The position numbers and the translations under genes were made by a program. The notes below the pieces were generated by a model that saw only the letters and a program-made list of their open reading frames with translations, did no database searches and was not told where the DNA came from. A stretch of 36,476 nt of DNA, from contig JBBEBM010000019.1 of assembly GCA_040882355.1 (NCBI GenBank), forward strand, positions 1-36,476, in the 5' to 3' direction. This DNA is from Dehalococcoidia bacterium (GTDB lineage: Bacteria; Chloroflexota; Dehalococcoidia; DSTF01; RBG-16-68-14). Of the stretch, positions 26,491-34,742 are shown piece after piece. Position 1 is the stretch's first letter. Each line of letters begins with the position of its first letter.

Positions 26491-27470
26491 GGTAAGACCC
26501 CTCGTCCGGCGACCGGCGGCAGGTCGAGCATCGTGATCAGCCCCGGCGCGTGCGCGATGACGCGCGGTACGGCGTTCACGATGATCGCGCCCGTGGCGCT
26601 GTCGCCCTGCACACCGCCCTCGATTGTCATCCGCACAGGCGGCGTGCCCTCGATCTCGATCTCGTCGCGCGGGCGCTCCGTCGCCGTAGACATCTCGACG
26701 AGCGCCTCGATGACGGTGCGCCCGCCGAGCGTGCCCCGTGCGACCTGGCGAATGCCGAGCGCGCGGCCCTCGCCCATGACCGGCTCGATCGTCTCGTCGA
26801 GCGAGTCCAGCCGCCAGCCGAGGCCCTCCGCGAGCAGCCAGCACGACTCCTTCAGCCCGACGTGGCCGAAGCGCCCGCTCGCGACGCGCTCCGCGAACTC
26901 TTCCGGCGCCAGGCCGACGCCCACCTTGCGTTGGAGCTGGTCGCGTCGTTTCGACACGTCGACGATCCGCGCGAGCCGTACGCGTTCGACACGCTGGCAG
27001 GCGCCGCTGAGCACGACGGCCAGCGTGTCCATCAGGAAGCCGGGGTTGATGCCGGTACCCAGCAGCGTCGCGCCGCCGGCCTTCGCCTCGGCGTCGAGCT
27101 GCTTCGCCAGCTCGGGGTGGCGCCGCCATGGGAACGAAAGCTCCTCACAGGTCGAAACGACGTTGCCTCCGGCGCGCGCGCACGCGATGAGCTGCGGCAG
27201 CACGTCCGGTAGGTAAGACCCGGTGGCGTGGAGAACGATCTCCGGTCGCACGGACGCAAGCGCCGCCTCGGCGTCCGGGTCTATCGCCGGGTTCGGCGCG
27301 CCGGGCGGCGGCTCGACGCCGAGCACGTCGTAGAGCGGGCGCCCGGCCTTGTCCGGCGCGCTGTCGACCGCGCCTGCCAGCTCGATGTCGTCGCGCTGCG
27401 CGGCGACCCGCCCGATGCCAGCGCCGATCGCGCCCAGCCCGAAGAGCAGCGCCCGCACGCGCGCCGTCAT
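26487..27470 (-). CDS. DapB-like NAD(P)-dependent amine dehydrogenase (2,4-diaminopentanoate dehydrogenase family)
   Basis: FGLGAIG Rossmann motif, NVVSTCEEL, LGTGINPGFLMD, GGVQGDSAT, APGLITMLDLP. Confidence 0.85.
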   Translation of the reverse strand: MTARVRALLFGLGAIGAGIGRVAAQRDDIELAGAVDSAPDKAGRPLYDVLGVEPPPGAPNPAIDPDAEAALASVRPEIVLHATGSYLPDVLPQLIACARAGGNVVSTCEELSFPWRRHPELAKQLDAEAKAGGATLLGTGINPGFLMDTLAVVLSGACQRVERVRLARIVDVSKRRDQLQRKVGVGLAPEEFAERVASGRFGHVGLKESCWLLAEGLGWRLDSLDETIEPVMGEGRALGIRQVARGTLGGRTVIEALVEMSTATERPRDEIEIEGTPPVRMTIEGGVQGDSATGAIIVNAVPRVIAHAPGLITMLDLPPVAGRGVLP

Positions 27471-27931
27471 CCCACGTCTTCCCGGATGATCGAGGCCAGC
27501 AGGTCCTGCGCGTCGTCTTTCATCTTGCCCTCGGGCTCCAGCTCCAGGCAGCGCCGCAGCGACGCCTCGGCCTGGCGATAGAGCTCGTCCGCGTCGAGGC
27601 CCGGCTGCGGGCGCCGTGCGACCGCATGCGCGACGAACTCGCAGCACCAGCCCAGCGTGTAGTGGACCGACGGGTCGTCGGGAGCCGCCTCGCGCGCCCG
27701 CTCCAGCTCGGCGAGGCCCTCGGCAAAGCGCCCCTTCCGCTGCACCAGCGTTGAGCCGATGTAGCCGTGCGCGTCGGCGTAGCCCGGCGCCAGCTCCAGC
27801 GCCGCGCGCGCCTCAGCAAGGGCTTCCTCGATGTCGCCCCGCTCGTGCAGGCCGAGCGCCGCCCGCAGCCGGTCTCGCGCCGCCTGCGGGATCGACGCGT
27901 CGGTCGCCAACGCGGCCCTCACTCGCGGCAC
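27467..27931 (-). CDS. Tetratricopeptide repeat protein
   Basis: ALELAPGYADAHGYIG, ARE..PDDPSVHYTLG, CLELEP TPR-like helices. Confidence 0.8.
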   Translation of the reverse strand: MPRVRAALATDASIPQAARDRLRAALGLHERGDIEEALAEARAALELAPGYADAHGYIGSTLVQRKGRFAEGLAELERAREAAPDDPSVHYTLGWCCEFVAHAVARRPQPGLDADELYRQAEASLRRCLELEPEGKMKDDAQDLLASIIREDVG

Positions 27932-27950
27932 GCCGAGAGATGGCGAGGCC

Positions 27951-27985
27951 TTCGAGCTTCCAGCGTCCAGCCTCCAGCGTCCAAG
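27951..27985. repeat. Tandem heptamer array, left arm of an inverted pair
   Basis: TTCGAGC-TTCCAGC-GTCCAGC-CTCCAGC-GTCCAAG. Confidence 0.75.
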
Positions 27986-28279
27986 CTACGGCAGCCCTTC
28001 CACGATCTTCATCATGTCGCCGCGGTCGAACGCGCGAAACGTCTGCGTGCGCACGTTCCCCTGCCCGGCGATGGCGAGCGAGATGCGCGCGATCGTTTCG
28101 TCGTCCGGCGCATCGGCGATCACCACGTAGTCGTACTGGCCCATTACGAGGAACACCTCGCGCAGCGTCGCCCCCATCGAGGCGAACGTCTGCTCCGCGT
28201 TGTTGAGCCTGCGCGACAGGTCCTTCATGTTGCGCACGCCCTGGTCCGTCAGGTTGCTCAAAGCGATGTACGTCGGCAT
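27986..28279 (-). CDS. GYD domain-containing protein
   Basis: MPTYIAL..TDQG, MGQYDYVVIADAPD, GNVRTQT.RAF; GGAGG RBS. Confidence 0.92.
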   Translation of the reverse strand: MPTYIALSNLTDQGVRNMKDLSRRLNNAEQTFASMGATLREVFLVMGQYDYVVIADAPDDETIARISLAIAGQGNVRTQTFRAFDRGDMMKIVEGLP

Positions 28280-28294
28280 CGTAACCCTCCCGAT

Positions 28295-28321
28295 CTGGAT
28301 GCTGGAGGCTCGAAGCTCGAA
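28295..28321. repeat. Tandem heptamer array, right arm of an inverted pair
   Basis: Reverse complement TTCGAGCTTCGAGCCTCCAGCATCCAG matches 27951-27977 at 24 of 27 positions. Confidence 0.75.
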
Positions 28322-28345
28322 CGGGAGTCCACCAAAACGCGAACG

Positions 28346-28380
28346 GCTTCCCGCTTCCCGGCTCCCGTTTCTCGCTTCCC
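28346..28380. repeat. Tandem heptamer array (GCTTCCC)n
   Basis: GCTTCCC-GCTTCCC-GGCTCCC-GTTTCTC-GCTTCCC. Confidence 0.7.
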
Positions 28381-28496
28381 GTCCGCCCCATCATACGCCC
28401 AGCCCGCGCCCCCCTGCCACCCACCCGCGCGGGGCTCCAGCTTCGCGCCGCTCCTGCCGAGAATAGAGTGATAGACCAAAGGTAAGAGGTGCTCGT

Positions 28497-28772
28497 GTGC
28501 GGCGCGTAATCGCAGCCAAAGCCATCGCCGTCCTCCTGACCGCCGTCACCGCCGGCGACCTCGCTCGCGTCGCCGCCCGCTTCGGCGCGAACGGCGATCC
28601 CGGCATCGACCCGCTGTCGGTGCCGCCCGCCGCGCCCGCCTACCACACCGCGTTCGACCGCTCGCCGCCTGCGCCGGGAGCGGACCTCTGGGACGCCGCA
28701 CCGCCCGACGGCTCCATCGCCGCCAGCGACCTCGCGACGGTCGTCGCCCAGTTCGGGCATAGCTGCGCCTGA
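28497..28772 (+). CDS. Stand-alone or truncated flexitail-type (dockerin-like) tail protein
   Basis: GAGGTG RBS; short hydrophobic N-terminus fused to 75 aa that are 58/75 identical to the C-terminus of the next gene. Confidence 0.6.
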   Translation: MRRVIAAKAIAVLLTAVTAGDLARVAARFGANGDPGIDPLSVPPAAPAYHTAFDRSPPAPGADLWDAAPPDGSIAASDLATVVAQFGHSCA

Positions 28773-28794
28773 CCGCCGCCGGTCCGCTCACTGC

Positions 28795-28824
28795 TTGACA
28801 CCCTCCAGCCGCGACCGCGATACT
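28795..28824 (+). promoter_or_regulatory. Sigma70-type promoter
   Basis: TTGACA-N18-GATACT followed by AAGGAGG RBS. Confidence 0.55.
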
Positions 28825-28854
28825 GGCGCATCCGCGAAGGAGGGGGGCCCAGTC

Positions 28855-30411
28855 GTGCGCAGGATGTGCCCGATCCTGTTCCTGGCGCTCGGAAGCGCGC
28901 TGCTCTCGCCCGGCGACGCGACGGCCGCGGCTGCGCACAGTATCCAGGCGCCCCACCAGTCGGGTGACGTGGGCTTCTTCACGTCGCTGGTGCTGGACGC
29001 TGCGGGCAACCCGGTGGTGAGCTACAGCGATCACACGAACAACTACCTGCAGCTACTCCACTGCAACGACCCGAACTGCGCGGGCGGCGATGACAGCACC
29101 CAGTCGCCGGACACGGCGAGCGGCGTCGGAGATTACACGTCCCTGACGCTCGATAGCGTTGGTAATCCCGTCGCAAGCTACTACGATGACACCAACGACA
29201 ACCTGAAGCTGCTGCACTGCAACGATCCGAACTGCGCGGGAGCGGGCGACAGCATCCAGTCCCCCGACACGGCCGGTGCGGTCGGCCCATACACCTCGCT
29301 GGTGCTGGACGCAGCCGGCAACCCGGTGGTGAGCTACTCCGGTAATGGCGACCTGAAGGTCCTGCACTGCAACGACCCGTACTGCGTCGGCGCCAACGAG
29401 AGCATTCAGTCGCCTGATACGACGGACAACATATGGGATACCTCGCTGGTGCTGGACGCCGCGGGCAACCCCGTCGTCAGCTACTACACTCCCACCACGG
29501 GCGATCTGAAGCTGCTTCACTGCAACGACCCCAACTGCGCGGGCGGGAACGACAGCATTCAGTCGCCCGACACCGGCGGCGATGTTGGCCAGTTCCCCTC
29601 GCTTGCGCTCGACGCGGCGGGGAATCCTGTCGTGAGCTTCAGCGATTCATTCGGCGACAACGAATTGAAGGTCATCCACTGCAACGACCCGAACTGCGCG
29701 GGCGGGAACGAGAGCATCGTGCAAGTCGACATCGCTGGTGACGTCGGCTCGTACACCTCGCTCGTGCTGGACGCGTCCGGTAACCCGGTCGTGAGCTACT
29801 GGGACGAGACGAACGGTGACCTGAAGCTGTTGCACTGCAACGACCAAAACTGTGCGGGCGGGAACGAGAGCACACAATCGCCCGACACGAACAACAGCGG
29901 CTTGTACACCTCGCTCACCCTTGACGCGTCCGGCAACCCTGTCGTGAGCTACCTCTCTAGCACCAACACCGACCTGAAGGTGCTCCACTGCGCCAACCAG
30001 AACTGCTCAAACGACAGCGACTCAGACGGCGCACCTGACAACGCTGACCTGAACGACGACAACGACGCCTGCACGGACGAGCAGGAGTCGGCCGGTAGCG
30101 CGGCCCAGGGAGGACAGCGCAACCCAAAGAACTTCTGGGACTTCTTCGACACGCCGGACGCCGCCAACGTTCGCGATCGTGTCGTGACGGCGGGCGACAT
30201 CGCCCGCGTCGTCGCCCGCTTCGGCTCGACCGGCGATCCGGCCATCGACCCGCTCTCCGCGCCGTCCGCCGCGCCCGCCTACCACACCGCCTTCGACCGC
30301 TCGCCGGCCCCGCCCAGCGGCGACATCTGGGATGTCGGCCCGCCCAATGGCTCCATCACCGCGAGCGACCTCGCCGCGGTCGTCGCCCAGTTCGGCCATA
30401 GCTGCGCGTAG
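28855..30411 (+). CDS. Secreted 7-repeat (putative beta-propeller) surface protein with flexitail-type C-terminal domain
   Basis: Signal peptide (..ATAAAA), seven ~52-aa repeats, DSDSDG..D calcium-type motif, NPKNFWDFFD...QFGHSCA tail. Confidence 0.88.
   Translation: MRRMCPILFLALGSALLSPGDATAAAAHSIQAPHQSGDVGFFTSLVLDAAGNPVVSYSDHTNNYLQLLHCNDPNCAGGDDSTQSPDTASGVGDYTSLTLDSVGNPVASYYDDTNDNLKLLHCNDPNCAGAGDSIQSPDTAGAVGPYTSLVLDAAGNPVVSYSGNGDLKVLHCNDPYCVGANESIQSPDTTDNIWDTSLVLDAAGNPVVSYYTPTTGDLKLLHCNDPNCAGGNDSIQSPDTGGDVGQFPSLALDAAGNPVVSFSDSFGDNELKVIHCNDPNCAGGNESIVQVDIAGDVGSYTSLVLDASGNPVVSYWDETNGDLKLLHCNDQNCAGGNESTQSPDTNNSGLYTSLTLDASGNPVVSYLSSTNTDLKVLHCANQNCSNDSDSDGAPDNADLNDDNDACTDEQESAGSAAQGGQRNPKNFWDFFDTPDAANVRDRVVTAGDIARVVARFGSTGDPAIDPLSAPSAAPAYHTAFDRSPAPPSGDIWDVGPPNGSITASDLAAVVAQFGHSCA
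28939..30010 (+). repeat. Seven intragenic ~52-aa tandem repeats
   Basis: SxQSPDT..xG.YTSLxLDAxGNPVVSY....DLKLLHCNDPNCAG repeated seven times. Confidence 0.92.
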
Positions 30412-30505
30412 GCTCGCGCGCGATCCGCACGCTGGCTGCCCGTATCCACACGTTGAGTATGCTGCCGACTTCAGTCGGCGGTGTCATATACAACTCCCCC
30501 GTCAA

Positions 30506-30533
30506 CCTTCAGTCTCCAGCCTTCAACTTTGAC
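30506..30533. repeat. Degenerate tandem heptamer array
   Basis: CCTTCAG-TCTCCAG-CCTTCAA-CTTTGAC. Confidence 0.45.
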
Positions 30534-30619
30534 AAGCCTCATTCGCGAGCCCGAGGACTCGGCTCATCGCGCTCAGTCTGTGTTTCATCGGTGCCCATCT
30601 GTGGCTAGCTCTCGGTCGT

Positions 30620-30648
30620 TTGACGGGCCGCCCTCGACTGCGTATACT
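30620..30648 (+). promoter_or_regulatory. Near-consensus sigma70 promoter for the M16 peptidase
   Basis: TTGACG-N17-TATACT. Confidence 0.75.
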
Positions 30649-30679
30649 GATGAGTGAACCATGAAACGCATCTCCCGCT

Positions 30680-30703
30680 AAGCGAGCCGCCCGGCTCGCT
30701 TTT
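30680..30703 (+). terminator. Terminator/attenuator hairpin in the M16 peptidase leader
   Basis: AGCGAGCC-GCCC-GGCTCGCT-TTT, overlapping the stop of uORF MKRISR (30661-30681). Confidence 0.6.
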
Positions 30704-30713
30704 GTGATCGATT

Positions 30714-31988
30714 GTGGAAGACGGCCACCAGAAGGCAACGCTCCCCAACGGCCTGCGCGTCCTTACCGCGCCCATGCCCTCGACGCACTCCGTGTCGCTG
30801 AGCATCTACGTGGGCGCGGGGTCGCGCTACGAGACCGACGCGCAGGCGGGCCTCTCGCACTTCGTCGAGCACCTCTGCTTCAAAGGCACCGAACGCCGCC
30901 CGACGCCGCGCGAGGTCTCGGAGGTGATCGACAGCGTTGGCGGGATCATCAACGCCGCGACCGATCGCGAGCTCACGGTCTACTACTGCAAAGTGCCGCG
31001 CCAGCACTACGAGCTGGCGCTGGACGTGCTCACCGATCTGGTGCGCAACCCCCTCTTCGCTCTCGACGAGATGGAGAAGGAGCGCCAGGTGATCCTCGAG
31101 GAGCTGGCCATGATCGCCGACTCGCCGCCGCAGCAGGTCGACGTACTGCTGGACGAGACGGTCTGGCCGGACCAGCCGCTCGGCCGCGACGTCGCCGGCA
31201 GCGAAGCCAGCGTCCGCGCCCTCACCCGTGAGATGGCGTTCGATTATCTGCGACAGCAGTACGTGCCGGGCAACGTCGTCGTCAGCATCGCGGGCGCGAT
31301 CGGCCACGGCGAGGCCGTCGAGAGCGTCGATGGCGTGATGGGCGACTGGGCCACCGGCGAGCCGGCGCCGTGGTTCCCCGCCCTGGACGGCCAGGTCGCC
31401 CCTCGCGTCGCTGTGAAGTACAAGGCGACCCAACAGGCGCACATGTCGCTCGCCGTGCGCGGCCTGCCGCTGCAGCACCCCGACCGCTACGCGCTGAACA
31501 TGCTCAGCGCTGTTCTCGGCGAAGGCATGAGCAGCCGCCTGGTGCAGGAGCTGCGCGAACGGCGCAGCCTCTGCTATGACGTGCACAGCTACGTCAGCTA
31601 TTTCCAGGACACGGGCGCCTTCGCCGTCTACACCGGCGTCGACCCCGGCCGCGTCGACGAAGCGCTCAGCGCCCTCCTGGCCGAGCTCGCTCGCGTGCGA
31701 GACGAAGGCGTGACCGGCGACGAGCTGTCGAGGGCGCGTGAGCTGGTGAAGGGGCGGCTGCTGTTGCGCATGGAGGACAGCCGCGCCGTCTCCGACTGGC
31801 TCGGCGGCCAGGAGCTGCTCGCAGGCAAGGTGCGCACCGTCGAAGAGGTGATCGCCCAGATCGACGCCGTCAGCGAGGACGACGTCAGGCGCATCGGGCG
31901 CCGCCTCCTCATTACCGAGCAGCTCAACCTCGCCGTTGTCGGCCCGTTCCGCAGCGAACGCCGCTTCCTCTCCCTCCTCAAGTTCTAG
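30714..31988 (+). CDS. M16 family zinc peptidase (pitrilysin-like)
   Basis: LPNGLRV, GSRYE, HFVEH inverted zinc motif, FKGT, GMSSRL.QELRE. Confidence 0.95.
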   Translation: MEDGHQKATLPNGLRVLTAPMPSTHSVSLSIYVGAGSRYETDAQAGLSHFVEHLCFKGTERRPTPREVSEVIDSVGGIINAATDRELTVYYCKVPRQHYELALDVLTDLVRNPLFALDEMEKERQVILEELAMIADSPPQQVDVLLDETVWPDQPLGRDVAGSEASVRALTREMAFDYLRQQYVPGNVVVSIAGAIGHGEAVESVDGVMGDWATGEPAPWFPALDGQVAPRVAVKYKATQQAHMSLAVRGLPLQHPDRYALNMLSAVLGEGMSSRLVQELRERRSLCYDVHSYVSYFQDTGAFAVYTGVDPGRVDEALSALLAELARVRDEGVTGDELSRARELVKGRLLLRMEDSRAVSDWLGGQELLAGKVRTVEEVIAQIDAVSEDDVRRIGRRLLITEQLNLAVVGPFRSERRFLSLLKF

Positions 31989-32449
31989 CATCGCCCCTTC
32001 GTTTCCCCGTCCTGCTCGAGTTAGAAGCCCATCCGGTCCACCTCATGCTCGATCGGGCCCGAGGACGCTGGAGTGCCGGGGGCGCAGCGCCCCTGCCGGG
32101 GTCTGGAGGAGCGATGCCCGATGGAACATGCGGGATTCATCCCGCACGCGACAATCCCGGCTCGCATCCAACCTGCGCCACCACGCCCTTCGCGCTCTCC
32201 TCGCCGTCCCTTATCTTGGTGATCGACAACGCGGTCTGGGCCTGCCCGCGCCGCGCCGCGGGTGCCAGATTCGAGCGACAGCGGCGTTCTGAGCTGCGTC
32301 GCCCGAAAAAGGCGATTCTGCAAAACGTAATGACACGAAACGCGCGAGGTTCGTGAGACGAGGCAGTCCGGCTGGCCTGCGTCGTGGTGCGTGACGTATT
32401 ATCAGGGCGTTCCCCGCGAAGTGTATTTCGTCGTAGAGAGGAGTGCGTC

Positions 32450-34390
32450 ATGACCGCCGTCGATGAGCGAGAGTCCGCCCTGGCCGGCCCGGAGCGTCCT
32501 GGAGGCCAGGGGCTCGACGCCAACCAGGAGGAGTCGGGCAACAAGGCGATCTACCTGCTCCTCAGCGACCCCGTCGTCGGCCCGCAGACCGATTTCGTCG
32601 CGACGTGTCGCGACGGCGCCTACGAAGTCTGGGCGCAGCGGGGCATGGTGCGCTTCCAGCGGTCGCGCGGTTCGAACGGCGCCTACCAGTACGACGTGAT
32701 CGAGACGGTCGGGCAGAACCCGGTCGAGAACCAGGATCCTCACGCCGTATCCACAGTCGAAGAGGAGCTCGAGGCGGCGCGACGCTCCGGCTACCCGACC
32801 GACGACGCCAACCAGGCGTACATCGAGCCGGAGCACCTCAGCTATCCGCATGCCTACGAGCGCATCGCCCAGCTCTTCGACAGCCCGAACGCGCCCGACC
32901 TCGTCATGAACCCGAAGTGCTACGCCTTCGGCCGCCAGCCCGGGCAGCACGGCGCCCTCGACGTCGTTCAGTCGCGGGCGCCGCTGATCTTCTCCGGCCC
33001 GGGCGTCCGTCCCGGCGTCAGCGAGGCCGCCGCGCGCCATATCGATATCGCTCCGACCGTCGCCCGCGTCATGGGCTTTCCGCGCATCGGTGGCCACGAC
33101 GCCACCGGCCGCCCGTCGTCCGACGTGTACCTGCGACGCCAGGACGGTCGCCCGCTGGACGAGATCCTCGACCTCGACGAACAGGGCGAGCTGCGTACGC
33201 GGCCCGAGCGCGTCTATATCCTTCACCTCGACGGCCTCAGTCATAGCGAGCTCTTCTGGCGGCTCAAGGACGAGCCGGCCTCGCTGCCGAACCTCCGCCG
33301 GCTAATCGATCGCGGACACCGCTTCCGCTACGGCAGCATCACGAACTTCCCCAGCATTACCTGGCCTAGCCACAACGCCATCGGCACCGGCGCCTGGGGC
33401 GGCCACCACGACATCGTCAACCCCACCTACTACCTTCGCGAGACCCGCGAAGTCGTCACGCCGCAGGGCCAGCAGTTCGACACCGCGAAGTTCCTCGGCG
33501 CCGGGGTCGAGACGCTCTACGAGGCCTTCCATCGTGTGTACGGGCCCTGGCAGGGACAGGAGGGCGCCTTTACCGCCTGCATCCACGAGCCCTGCACGCG
33601 CGGCGCCGACCACGCCACGCTCGAGCGGCGCGTTGTCGGCGACCGTGACCGTCTCCGCGAGCTGACCCGGGAAGCAGCCGAAGACACCGACCCGCGCTGG
33701 GACACGCAGCACACCCAGAACGAGGCGATCGTCGACACCCGGGGCATCGCCCAGGCGCTCCTGCTCTTCTCGGACGACAGCCACCCGCCGCCCGTCTTCA
33801 CCTTCCACGAGTTCGTCCTCACCGACGGCACCGCGCACGACTTCGGCCCGCACAGCGAAGGCCACAGAAGGGCGCAGGACGAGACCGACCGGCGTATCGG
33901 CCGGCTGCTGGGCGCGTTGCAAGACCGCGGCTACTTCGAGTCGACGCTGTTCATCATCGTCGCCGACCACGGCATGGCGCCCACGCGCACCGATCTCGCC
34001 GCGAACCAGGTCGATCTGCTGCCGCAGGAGGGCATGAAGGCTGTCGTGCCCGCGCCGCTCATCTACCTGCTCGACATGGCAATCGAGATCGAGCACGCCC
34101 GCGACGGCCGCACCGCGACTCTGACCGTCCTGGCGAACGATCCGGACACGACAGGCGAGCAGCCTTCGGTCGCCGGCGCGGAGATCACCGTCAGCGGCCA
34201 TGGCGGCCAGGTGCTTGCGCGCGCCCAGAGCGACGACTTCGGCGTCGCTGGAGTGCCGCTGCCGGCCGAAGTCCCCGCGCATGACGTTGTCGTCACCGTG
34301 CACCACGACGACTACAACCCGCGTCACCTTCGCCTCGACGGTTCCAGCGTTGCGCTCGACTTGCGCGGGCTCCTCTACCCGAATTCGTAA
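32450..34390 (+). CDS. Alkaline phosphatase superfamily protein (NPP/phosphodiesterase-like), permuted domain order
   Basis: LHLDGL, FPSITWPSH, TDGTAHDFG, IVADHG and GQHG motifs; ATG behind GAGGAG. Confidence 0.88.
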   Translation: MTAVDERESALAGPERPGGQGLDANQEESGNKAIYLLLSDPVVGPQTDFVATCRDGAYEVWAQRGMVRFQRSRGSNGAYQYDVIETVGQNPVENQDPHAVSTVEEELEAARRSGYPTDDANQAYIEPEHLSYPHAYERIAQLFDSPNAPDLVMNPKCYAFGRQPGQHGALDVVQSRAPLIFSGPGVRPGVSEAAARHIDIAPTVARVMGFPRIGGHDATGRPSSDVYLRRQDGRPLDEILDLDEQGELRTRPERVYILHLDGLSHSELFWRLKDEPASLPNLRRLIDRGHRFRYGSITNFPSITWPSHNAIGTGAWGGHHDIVNPTYYLRETREVVTPQGQQFDTAKFLGAGVETLYEAFHRVYGPWQGQEGAFTACIHEPCTRGADHATLERRVVGDRDRLRELTREAAEDTDPRWDTQHTQNEAIVDTRGIAQALLLFSDDSHPPPVFTFHEFVLTDGTAHDFGPHSEGHRRAQDETDRRIGRLLGALQDRGYFESTLFIIVADHGMAPTRTDLAANQVDLLPQEGMKAVVPAPLIYLLDMAIEIEHARDGRTATLTVLANDPDTTGEQPSVAGAEITVSGHGGQVLARAQSDDFGVAGVPLPAEVPAHDVVVTVHHDDYNPRHLRLDGSSVALDLRGLLYPNS

Positions 34391-34510
34391 ACCTCACGCC
34401 TCCGCGCCGCATCACCCGGGCGGGGGTCGTCCGAAGGCGGTAAAGATCGTCTCCCCGTAGGTCGATACTGGTAGGGTGAGCCCTCACCGGGTTTGCCGAA
34501 CGTAGAGAAA

Positions 34511-34606
34511 CTCCGAAAAAGGCAAACCCGGCGAAAGCCGGGGACGCAAAGCTGCGGGTCTACCGTCCCGACGCCCGTCGGGGCCAGGATGGCCGGGCTA
34601 CCGGAG
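34511..34606 (+). promoter_or_regulatory. c-di-GMP-I (GEMM) riboswitch
   Basis: CTCCG-AAAAAGGCAAACCCGGC-GAAA-GCCGGGGACGCAAAGC...GGTCTAC...GCCGGGCTACCGGAG. Confidence 0.93.
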
Positions 34607-34742
34607 GAGCATGAGCGGTCACGCCTCGCGTCGCGGCCCCCTGACGCACGGCTCTCGCCGCCGATTCCCGGCGGTCGGCCCTCGCTTCGCCCAGCTCCTG
34701 GATCCTGTCCTTAGGCCCGCCTCGAGAGGAGGAGTCCCACGT

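Noticed and set aside
25135..27129. 664-aa extended aminotransferase as given by the ORF track
   Set aside because: The N-terminal extension overlaps the dehydrogenase gene out of frame; the real start is the GTG at 26490
28545..30411. Diversity-generating retroelement TR/VR pair
   Set aside because: Differences between the two tail copies are not adenine-specific, many are synonymous, and no reverse transcriptase is in the window
24923..34606. 3'3'-cGAMP-specific (GEMM-Ib) riboswitches
   Set aside because: Both aptamers have G, not A, at the position equivalent to Vc2 G20
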